A stretch of DNA of 11,637 nucleotides from Trueperaceae bacterium (GCA_040905465.1 JBBDRK010000012.1:1-11637), one strand, 5' to 3'; shown: positions 1 through 6,646, counted from the first letter of the stretch. Numbers and translations: made by a program. The notes: generated by a model from the letters alone, not told the origin.

Positions 1-53
1 CCGACAACCTTCCGATTACAAATCGGATGCTCTACCAGTTGAGCTAGGGTGGC
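1..53 (-). tRNA. tRNA-Thr (anticodon TGT), 3' end truncated by window edge
   Basis: Reverse complement reads GCCACCCTAGCTCAACTGGTAGAGCATCCGATTTGTAATCGGAAGGTTGTCGG: acceptor 5' strand, TAGCTCA..GGTAGAGC D-arm, and anticodon stem TCCGA/TCGGA with loop TT-TGT-AA (plus 11-27). Confidence 0.96.
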
Positions 54-102
54 AGGTGGTCATCCCAGGCGGCTCAGCCGACGCTCGCGCGTCCGGCTAG
101 GT

Positions 103-131
103 AGCCTAGCATGAGCCTCAGAGGGTGTCAA
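103..131 (-). promoter_or_regulatory. sigma70/SigA promoter of the tRNA
   Basis: Minus strand TTGACA (131-126), 17-nt spacer, TAGGCT (108-103) with an extended -10 TG, about 50 nt upstream of the tRNA 5' end. Confidence 0.85.
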
Positions 132-251
132 CAAGGAGCGGTGCAGCAGTTACGCCCGTCTGTCACGCCCTTTCGCGGCCGGCCCCGGCGGCCCCCGGCC
201 GCTGCTCCGGCCGGGCACTGGCGCGCCGCCCAAGCTTGCCTCGGGCACGGT

Positions 252-926
252 TCAAAGTGGTGTCGTGACCAGTGGTTCCGTTGTCGGCTGGGGGCTTCCG
301 CCCAGCGGCTCGACAGTTACCCCGAAAATTCCGCCCCGTTCCACACTCTCGGTCAGAAAGCTGCGACTGCGGCCGACAGCAAGCGAACGCGGGCTGCCAT
401 CGCGAATCTCCCACAACTGATAGGCACCGTCTGGCGGCAGCCGCTCGAAGGCGACGAACAGCCGCCCGTCATCGAGCCGCACCAGCGTCCCGAGTTCCTC
501 TCCCGACGAGTCCACCAGGCTGTGGGCAACGGAGCCCGGCTGCTCGATGTAACGAGCGGTAATGCGATCGAGACGGTCCGACGCGGTCAGCGGACCGAAT
601 GCCAGCCACGCCGCCACTCCCAAGGCGGCCGCCAGGCCCAGCGCCACCCACGGCTGACTGCGTCGGCCTGTACGTTGCCGGCTCTGACTCCGTACCAAGG
701 GGGGATCGGAGCCGGCACGCAGCCGTTCGACCAGGGCGTCCTCCTCGCCCTCGCTGAGCGCCTCCGCTGGAAGCTGCAAGACATACTCCGCCATAAGATC
801 CTGCAGACGCCTGACGCGCGCGGCAGCCGCCGGATCGGCCGCGAGGAACCGTTCGACCTCCGCCACCTGCTCGGGCGCCAGGGTACCCAGGGCATAATCG
901 ACCAGCACGTTCTCGTCGATTATCAT
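252..926 (-). CDS. Anti-sigma factor, RskA (anti-sigma K) family, single-pass membrane protein
   Basis: N-terminal anti-sigma domain (LVDYALGTL..E...VERFL), TM segment WVALGLAAALGVAAWLAFG, C-terminal RskA motifs YQLW and GVTVEPLGGSPQPT. ATGA overlap (923-926) with the upstream sigma gene. Confidence 0.9.
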   Translation of the reverse strand: MIIDENVLVDYALGTLAPEQVAEVERFLAADPAAAARVRRLQDLMAEYVLQLPAEALSEGEEDALVERLRAGSDPPLVRSQSRQRTGRRSQPWVALGLAAALGVAAWLAFGPLTASDRLDRITARYIEQPGSVAHSLVDSSGEELGTLVRLDDGRLFVAFERLPPDGAYQLWEIRDGSPRSLAVGRSRSFLTESVERGGIFGVTVEPLGGSPQPTTEPLVTTPL

Positions 927-1459
927 GCCCTTCTCCCTGTCATTACCTCACGCAGGTGCGCAAGCGCTTGCCTGATGGTGGTCTTGACGCTTCCCAATGG
1001 CCTGCCGGTGATTCGCGCGAGTTCGACGTGAGTGTGTCCGCGGAAGAATGCGAGTTCGAGAAGACGGCGGGAATCGGCATCGAGAGTCTCGAGGGCGTCG
1101 GCTACGTACATTCGGGTGACGTGATCCGGCGCCGGCGAGGAGGCCTCCAGGTTTCGCTCCGGATCGGTCAACTCTTCGGTACTCACCCGTTTCTTTCGTA
1201 ACCGGTTGATCATCAGCCGGTGGGCGATGGTGACCATCCAGGTCTTCACGCTGGCCTTCGACCGGTCAAAGCTTCGGGCGGCCTCCCACACCTTGAAGAA
1301 GGTGTCTTGCAGGCACTGGTCCGCTTCATCCTCGTCTGGCGTCATACGCCGGGCCATGGCCTTCAGGTAGGGCGCGTAACGGCGATAGAGCTCTCGCAGG
1401 GCGAGTTCGTCACGTCGCCCGATCAGGGCGAGCAACTCCTCGTCCGTCGAACCCCTCAC
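923..1459 (-). CDS. ECF sigma-70 family RNA polymerase sigma factor (SigK-like), about 178 aa
   Basis: Region 2 (DEELL..I...DELALRELYRRY; QDTFFKVW; FD...ASVKTWMVTIAHRLMINRLR) and region 4 (LELAFFRGHTHVELARITGRPLGSVKTTIRQAL). Start placed at in-frame GTG 1459 because GGAG lies 6 nt upstream (1466-1469); the 1654 extension is not sigma-like. Confidence 0.92.
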   Translation of the reverse strand: MRGSTDEELLALIGRRDELALRELYRRYAPYLKAMARRMTPDEDEADQCLQDTFFKVWEAARSFDRSKASVKTWMVTIAHRLMINRLRKKRVSTEELTDPERNLEASSPAPDHVTRMYVADALETLDADSRRLLELAFFRGHTHVELARITGRPLGSVKTTIRQALAHLREVMTGRRA

Positions 1460-1487
1460 CGACCGCTCCGTCCTTTCATATGTTACA

Positions 1488-1513
1488 TACCCCCCGCCGC
1501 AATTTTCGGATGG
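1488..1513 (-). promoter_or_regulatory. Putative ECF-dependent autoregulatory promoter of the sigma/anti-sigma operon
   Basis: Minus strand CCATCC-N16-GGTA (core ATCCGAA-N14-GTA), about 30 nt upstream of the sigma start; matched by a divergent copy at 1597-1622. Confidence 0.65.
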
Positions 1514-1596
1514 TACCACTCGGCTCGCCCGCGACCAAGCGCGATGAGTTTCCGCAACGAGAGCCATCGCGGAAAGCAACGAATGCGGGACAGAAC

Positions 1597-1622
1597 GAAT
1601 CCGAATCGCGTCTATCTGTGTA
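1597..1622 (+). promoter_or_regulatory. Putative ECF-dependent promoter of the ferritin-like gene
   Basis: Plus strand GAATCC-N16-TGTA (ATCCGAA 1599-1605, 14 nt, GTA 1620-1622), with the same core and spacing as the divergent copy. Confidence 0.6.
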
Positions 1623-1847
1623 CAACCCCTGTGAAGGCCCGTGGGAGGCTTCAACTTTCGAGCGCTGGGTTGCCGACTCGAGGACTTCCCAGGACTTGGC
1701 GATTGATGCGCTGGTTATGGAGGCAGCGGCACGCAGCGGTGAACCACAACCGGATCGGTCGAGCAGCACGGTGTCGACTGCCTGACGCCGGCTGGCACCC
1801 GGCCCGTCGGCCCGGTCAAACCTCTCATTCGATGAAGGAAGTACCAA

Positions 1848-2879
1848 ATGAAGACCGACTTCAGCAGACTGTTCAAGACGAGCATGAATCGCCGCCAGAT
1901 GCTGGGCAACCTCGGCATGATGAGTGCCGGCGCCGCGCTCACCGCCTGCGCCGGCGTCGTCGCGCAACCCGAGGACCAGGAGCGCGACGTCGACGCCGCC
2001 ATCCTCACCTTCGCGCTCAACCTCGAATACCTCGAAGCGGCCTTCTATCTCGCCGCGGTGGGGCGTCTGAGCGAGCTTCCGGGCGGCGACGCAGCGATAA
2101 CGCTGCCGAGCGGTTTCGACGGAAGTACCGCGGTGGACTTCGGGGCAGGCGGCGCGAACGCCACCGCATCCACCGCGCTCCGGGCCTACGCCGAGGAACT
2201 GGCCAACGAGGAGCTGGCTCACACCGAGTTCCTGCGCGGGGCGTTGACGGACGCCGGCGTGACGGTCGATCGTCCCATGATCAACCTGGCCAGCTCGTTC
2301 CAGGCGGCGGCCGCCGCGGCGTTCGAGGGCGTGGACCCCGCGACCGTCGGATTGCCCGCCGACTTCACTCCCGACGACTTCGACCCGTTCGCCAGCGGCG
2401 CCTTCTTCGCACACGGCGCCTTCATATTCGAGGATGTGGGCGTCTCGGCCTACAAGGGCGCCGCGCCACTGATCATTAACAGCGACTACCTGGCGGCGGC
2501 AGCCGGCATCCTCGCCTCGGAGGCCTACCACGCCGGCAACATCCGCACCTTCCTCCACCTTGGCGACACCACCCTGCTCGACTTCTACAATGGCTTGAAT
2601 ACCCATGCCATCACCCAGGCAATCTCTGACACCCGTGACGAGCTCGATGGCACGGCAGACCAGGATCAGGGGATAGCGAACGTGGCCATCGAAACTGGCG
2701 GCGACGCCAATATCGCCGTGACCAGCAGCGATGGAATCGCATTCGGCCGCACTCCCGCGCAAGTGGCGGCGATCGTGTACCTGAGTGCCGAAGCAATGGT
2801 CAGCTCCAGCAGCTTCTTCCCCGAGGGCATCAACACGGCCAATCTCGACGACGACTTCGCCTACCTGCTGGCACTGTAA
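1848..2879 (+). CDS. Tat-exported ferritin-like domain protein (Ferritin_2 / desiccation-related protein type), probable lipoprotein
   Basis: SD AAGGAAG; signal MNRRQML + h-region + lipobox LTAC (C34); family motifs ILTFALNLEYLEAAFY, EELAH, FIFEDVGVSAYKGAAPLI, AAGILASEAYHAG, C-terminal FFPEGIN. Confidence 0.88.
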   Translation: MKTDFSRLFKTSMNRRQMLGNLGMMSAGAALTACAGVVAQPEDQERDVDAAILTFALNLEYLEAAFYLAAVGRLSELPGGDAAITLPSGFDGSTAVDFGAGGANATASTALRAYAEELANEELAHTEFLRGALTDAGVTVDRPMINLASSFQAAAAAAFEGVDPATVGLPADFTPDDFDPFASGAFFAHGAFIFEDVGVSAYKGAAPLIINSDYLAAAAGILASEAYHAGNIRTFLHLGDTTLLDFYNGLNTHAITQAISDTRDELDGTADQDQGIANVAIETGGDANIAVTSSDGIAFGRTPAQVAAIVYLSAEAMVSSSSFFPEGINTANLDDDFAYLLAL

Positions 2880-3031
2880 CCCCGAGCGCAGGAGAGGTAG
2901 TGGCGCGTTCCCACGAGTATTTGCGCCGGTATTTGCTTCAGAATTCGCCGAACCACAGCATGGGCACAGCCTGGGCTCCGCGCCTTCCGGCCGGCCCATG
3001 CATCCCCCTCCACCTGCGAAACCGAACGCCG

Positions 3032-3041
3032 GTGATAGACT
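3032..3041 (+). promoter_or_regulatory. Extended -10 promoter upstream of tatA
   Basis: GTGATAGACT (TGn + TAGACT 3036-3041) followed by GGAGG SD and ATG 3063. Confidence 0.6.
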
Positions 3042-3062
3042 GCAACCAACTGGAGGTAGCGC

Positions 3063-3437
3063 ATGCGCATTGGACCGCTCGGAATCTGGGAACTGCTGAT
3101 CATCCTGGTGGTAGTGCTGTTGATATTCGGACCGCGGCGACTTCCCGAAATGGCCAAGGGGATCGGCCAGTCGGTACGCGAGTTCCGCAAGGGCATCCGT
3201 GACATGAAAGACGATTTCGAGGCTGGCGCCTCCAAGGACGACCAGCAGGAGTCGAACAAGAAGCGGGCAAGCGCGGCCGAGCCGGCTAATGCGGCGTCCG
3301 CAACGCCTCCCGCCACGCCTGCCGCCGAGGCGCCCCCCGAAGCCTCCGGTGACACCTCCGCTGACGCCACAGCCGACGCAACGGAGGCGGACGGCGAACC
3401 GGTGTCCAGCAAGCAAGTGGAGACCAAGTCGGCGTGA
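3063..3437 (+). CDS. tatA: Twin-arginine translocase subunit TatA/TatE with long Ala/Pro/Thr/acidic tail
   Basis: GIWELLIILVVVLLIFGPRRLPEMAKGIGQSVREFRKG: TM helix, FG hinge and amphipathic helix; GGAGG SD. Confidence 0.95.
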   Translation: MRIGPLGIWELLIILVVVLLIFGPRRLPEMAKGIGQSVREFRKGIRDMKDDFEAGASKDDQQESNKKRASAAEPANAASATPPATPAAEAPPEASGDTSADATADATEADGEPVSSKQVETKSA

Positions 3438-3440
3438 ACT

Positions 3441-3457
3441 CCACTCCCGGCGAGTGG
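3441..3457 (+). other. Small hairpin directly after the tatA stop (possible attenuator or mRNA stabiliser)
   Basis: CCACTC-ccggc-GAGTGG; no U tract follows. Confidence 0.3.
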
Positions 3458-3536
3458 GACTGAAACACCCTTATTTGGAAAGAGTAGTGATCGGCGCTCG
3501 CTTCTGCGGCGTCGTGAGCCTATTTGATCCGCTTCG

Positions 3537-4277
3537 ATGGCCATGACGCTGATAGACCACTTCGAGGAGCTGCGCACGCGGCTCTTCATCGCCATGGGCG
3601 CCTGGCTCGTCGGCGCCGCCGTGGCCTTCGTTTTTCGCTTTCGGCTCCTGGAATGGCTCAAGGAGCCGCTGCCGCCCAACCTGACGCTCAACGCCTTCGG
3701 GTTGCTCGAGCCGTTCCTGGTGAGCATGCAACTAGCTTCGTTCTTCGGGCTGGTCCTGGCCGCACCGATCATCGGCGGCCAGGTCTGGGGCTTCGTCGCC
3801 CCGGGACTATATCCGGAGGAGCGGCGCTGGGCGGTCCCTTTCATCCTGATGACCGCGGTCGCGTTTGCCGGCGGCGTGGTTTTCGGACGCTACCTGGTCC
3901 TGCCCTTCTCCATCCCCATAATTCTCGGGTTCCTCGGCGACGAGGTGCAGATCCTGCCGTCGATCGGCGACTTCATCTCCAAGGTGCTGCTGATAATGGC
4001 AGTGTTCGGGCTCATCTTCGAGATGCCGGTGGTGGGATTCCTGCTGGCCAGGCTGGGCCTCGTTCAGGCCGCATTCCTGACCCAGCATCGCAAGTGGGCG
4101 GTGGTAGTCGGGCTGGTGCTGGCGGCAGTCATCACACCCACTGCGGATCCGTTCAATTTCGCCCTGGTGGCAGTGCCACTGGTGGTACTCTACGAAGTCA
4201 CCATCCTGGTGGTGCGTGTCTCCCAGCGGAAGGTAACCGATGAACGAGAAGATCCAGAGCTTACGAGCCAAAATTGA
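3537..4277 (+). CDS. tatC: Twin-arginine translocase subunit TatC
   Basis: MTLIDHFEELRTRL, EPF, QVWGFVAPGLYPEERR, FGLIFEMP, AAVITPTADP, LYEVTI motifs and about six hydrophobic segments. Start is ATG 3537 or 3543 (in-frame stop at 3525). Confidence 0.96.
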   Translation: MAMTLIDHFEELRTRLFIAMGAWLVGAAVAFVFRFRLLEWLKEPLPPNLTLNAFGLLEPFLVSMQLASFFGLVLAAPIIGGQVWGFVAPGLYPEERRWAVPFILMTAVAFAGGVVFGRYLVLPFSIPIILGFLGDEVQILPSIGDFISKVLLIMAVFGLIFEMPVVGFLLARLGLVQAAFLTQHRKWAVVVGLVLAAVITPTADPFNFALVAVPLVVLYEVTILVVRVSQRKVTDEREDPELTSQN

Positions 4278-5340
4278 CCTCCTGAACCTGCAGCTCCTGG
4301 AGTTGCTGTCCGAACGCGCCGAGCTGGCCGAGAGCATCGGCGAGATTCAGAGCACGTTGGGCCTCAGCCATTACGATCCGGCGCGCGAGCAGGAGATGCT
4401 GGAAGTGCTGGTGACGGCGAACCGCGGACCGTTCGACGATGCCACCGTCAAGAGCCTGTTCAAGCAGATCTTCCAGGCCTCGATGCAGCTCGAGAAGACA
4501 CAGGAGAAGGGTCGTTACCTCACGTCACGGACCACCGATACCGGCGATACGGTTGTGCGGGTGGGCGACGTCTCGATCGGCTCCGACCACTCTCCCGTCC
4601 TGGTGGCCGGACCGTGCGCCATCGAGTCGCGCGAACAGGTGATGCTGACAGCCGAACGGCTGGCCTCACGCGGGGTGGCGCTCTTTCGGGGAGGGGCGTT
4701 CAAGCCTCGCACCGATCCCTACTCGTTCCAGGGCCTGGGTGAGGACGGCCTGCGCCTCGGACGTGAGGCGTGCGACCGTTACGGGCTGAAGTTCGTCTCC
4801 GAAATCATGGACGCCCGCAACCTGGACGCCTTCATCGAGCACGCCGACGTGCTGCAGATCGGCGCTCGCAACATGCAGAACTTCACCCTGCTGCGCGCCG
4901 TTGGCCGCAGCGGCAAGCCGGTGCTCCTCAAGCGCGGGCTGTCGGCAACCATCGAGGAGTGGCTGATGGCCGCCGAGTACCTGTTGAGCGAAGGAAACGC
5001 CAATGTGATCCTGTGCGAACGTGGCATCCGGACCTACGAGCGCTACACCCGCAACACCCTGGACGTGTCGGCGGTGGCGCTGGCCAAGCTCGAGTCTCAC
5101 CTGCCGGTCTTCGTGGACGTGACCCATTCAGGAGGCAGACGCGACCTGCTGGTGCCACTCACCAAGGCCGCTCTGGCGACCGGCGCCGACGGGATCATGA
5201 TCGAAGTGCATCCCAATCCGGCGGTTGCGCTCTCCGACCAGAAGCAGCAGGTCGACTTCGACGCCTTCGACGATTACCTCGAGGAGACCGGCTACCACAA
5301 GAAACTATCCCAGAAGCGCCACGAGGTGTACGGCTTCTGA
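4240..5340 (+). CDS. aroA: Bifunctional-type chorismate mutase (AroQ-like domain) / class I-beta DAHP synthase
   Basis: N-terminal AroQ-like LRAKID..N.QLLELLSER..YDPAREQEML; synthase motifs AGPCAIES, RGGAFKPRT.PYSFQGLG, QIGARNMQNF, LKRG, LCERGIRT, DVTHS, EVHPNP..ALSD. Symbol follows Bacillus usage (aroA/aroG), not EPSP synthase. Confidence 0.95.
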   Translation: MNEKIQSLRAKIDLLNLQLLELLSERAELAESIGEIQSTLGLSHYDPAREQEMLEVLVTANRGPFDDATVKSLFKQIFQASMQLEKTQEKGRYLTSRTTDTGDTVVRVGDVSIGSDHSPVLVAGPCAIESREQVMLTAERLASRGVALFRGGAFKPRTDPYSFQGLGEDGLRLGREACDRYGLKFVSEIMDARNLDAFIEHADVLQIGARNMQNFTLLRAVGRSGKPVLLKRGLSATIEEWLMAAEYLLSEGNANVILCERGIRTYERYTRNTLDVSAVALAKLESHLPVFVDVTHSGGRRDLLVPLTKAALATGADGIMIEVHPNPAVALSDQKQQVDFDAFDDYLEETGYHKKLSQKRHEVYGF

Positions 5341-5373
5341 GCGAGGTCGCCCGCGTGGGGGAGCTGGTCGCCG

Positions 5374-6360
5374 ATGGATAACCTGCTCGACCTGATATTC
5401 AAGGCAACCAGCGTGGAACCGCGTTACGACGAAGACCTGTGTCTGGCCGCCGGCAAGTCGGTAGCGTGCACCAGCTGCCGCGACGCCTGTCCCCACGACG
5501 CGATCACCATCAGGCACGGCTCTGCCAAGGCGGTGGAGATCGACTCGGTCGACTGCAGCGGCTGCGGACTGTGCGTGCAGGCATGCCCCAGCCAGGCGTT
5601 GGAGGGGCGCGTGTCGATCGAGCGTGGCGCGGCCTCGTTGCGCTGCTCGCAGGTGTCGGGAAGCGCGGCGAGCGTGCACTGCCTCGGACGGCTGCAGCCC
5701 TCCGACCTGCTGCGCCTGGCTGGCTCCGAGGACAGCGTGAGGCTGGCCAGGGGCGACTGCGGATCCTGCCCCGTCGGCACCGCCGCGGTAGCCGAGGCGT
5801 CCCTGGCGGTACGAGACCAAGCCGTTGAGCTCGCCCGGCTCCACGGCAGAAGCCTGGACATCGAGGTGGTGGAGCGGGACCGTCTGGAGCAGACCCGCAA
5901 CGCCGACGCGGTGAGCCGCCGCGAGCTGCTGCGCGGCGGCTGGCGCTCGCTCCGGGTCCGTACCGGCGACATGCTGGCGCCGCTCGATCCCGGCGACGAC
6001 GTCGCCAGCCTGCCGGCGGAGATGCAGCGACGGTACCGGGTGATCGCCGCCGCCGCTCCGCAACAGGAAGACCCGGTGCCGTGGAGCCTGCCGCGGGTAT
6101 CGGACGAGTGCATCATGTGTCCCGCCTGCGTCAAGGCATGCCCCACAGGTGCACTTGAGCGGGTGTTCGAAGCGGACGGCGACGGCGTGCTGAAGCTGCA
6201 GCCCGACAGGTGCGTAGGGTGCGAGGCGTGCATGAGCGTCTGCCCGGTCGGGGCAGTGAGCATGGAGGAGTCGGTCAGCTGGAGCGAGCTCTCGGGCGGC
6301 CAACAGGAAGCGTATCGCCGCGACGCCGGCCGGGAGCGCCCGGGAAGCGTGCCTCGCTAG
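5374..6360 (+). CDS. Multi-[4Fe-4S] (polyferredoxin-like) protein
   Basis: C-X8-CTSCRDACP, CSGCGLCVQACP, CIMCPACVKACP and CVGCEACMSVCP, plus a central Cys set (C..VHCLG..DCGSCP); GGGGAG SD. Confidence 0.9.
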   Translation: MDNLLDLIFKATSVEPRYDEDLCLAAGKSVACTSCRDACPHDAITIRHGSAKAVEIDSVDCSGCGLCVQACPSQALEGRVSIERGAASLRCSQVSGSAASVHCLGRLQPSDLLRLAGSEDSVRLARGDCGSCPVGTAAVAEASLAVRDQAVELARLHGRSLDIEVVERDRLEQTRNADAVSRRELLRGGWRSLRVRTGDMLAPLDPGDDVASLPAEMQRRYRVIAAAAPQQEDPVPWSLPRVSDECIMCPACVKACPTGALERVFEADGDGVLKLQPDRCVGCEACMSVCPVGAVSMEESVSWSELSGGQQEAYRRDAGRERPGSVPR

Positions 6361-6403
6361 CTTCGACTCACCTTTCGGGTGCGATCAACGCGTAGAATGT
6401 TGC

Positions 6404-6646
6404 ATGACCGTCGACCAATGGGTCTTCGAGGCCGTCGAAGCGTATCCCAAAACCGGGGCGTCGGTGCGCGAAATCCAGCGCTACATCGACGAGCACCATT
6501 ACGAAGAGCTGGCCATCGACACCATCGAAGTCTCGCTGGAAAAACTTAAAGCGGAGGGGCGCCTCGAGCTCGAAGGCACCAGGTGGAACGCCGTCAACCG
6601 AACCTCGAAAGAGGATGCCCTGAAGAAGCTGTTCGGCGACCTCTGA
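6404..6646 (+). CDS. Small hypothetical protein, winged-helix-like pattern (80 aa), probably leaderless
   Basis: High-GC3 codon usage; pattern helix-ASVREIQRYI-helix(TIEVSLEKLKAEGRL)-beta hairpin; TAGAAT (6393-6398) 5 nt before ATG and no SD. Confidence 0.75.
   Translation: MTVDQWVFEAVEAYPKTGASVREIQRYIDEHHYEELAIDTIEVSLEKLKAEGRLELEGTRWNAVNRTSKEDALKKLFGDL

Noticed and set aside
173-215. GC-rich inverted repeats after the anti-sigma gene as a terminator
   Set aside because: GCGGCCGG/CCGGCCGC can pair, but no U tract follows on the minus strand and the sequence is low-complexity GC.
1-251. tRNA as integration site or genomic island boundary
   Set aside because: The window lies on the 5' side of the tRNA; no integrase, att duplication or obvious compositional shift is seen.
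1460-1654. 65-codon N-terminal extension of the sigma ORF in the ORF track
   Set aside because: Not sigma-like and spans both putative ECF promoters; GTG 1459 has an SD and gives a typical ECF length.
1717-1785. 22-codon ORF MEAAARSGEPQPDRSSSTVSTA in the ferritin-like leader
   Set aside because: No SD and no recognisable features; such ORFs are expected by chance.
2970-2998. Minus-strand CC-GGAA-GG hairpin resembling SRP RNA domain IV; AGAGG at 2893 resembling a lysine riboswitch start
   Set aside because: The SRP flanking CAGG/AGCAG internal loop is absent; lysine riboswitch length, downstream consensus and gene context do not fit.
1476-3416. 646-aa antisense ORF, and similar long ORFs 111-1031, 1220-2479, 2861-3844, 5305-6303 and 7022-9022
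   Set aside because: Shadow frames of real high-GC genes; Arg/Gly/Pro-rich or motif-free, and overlapping well-supported CDSs.
3240-3437. Repetitive-looking tatA 3' region
   Set aside because: Low-complexity disordered tail common in TatA proteins; no true nucleotide repeat unit.
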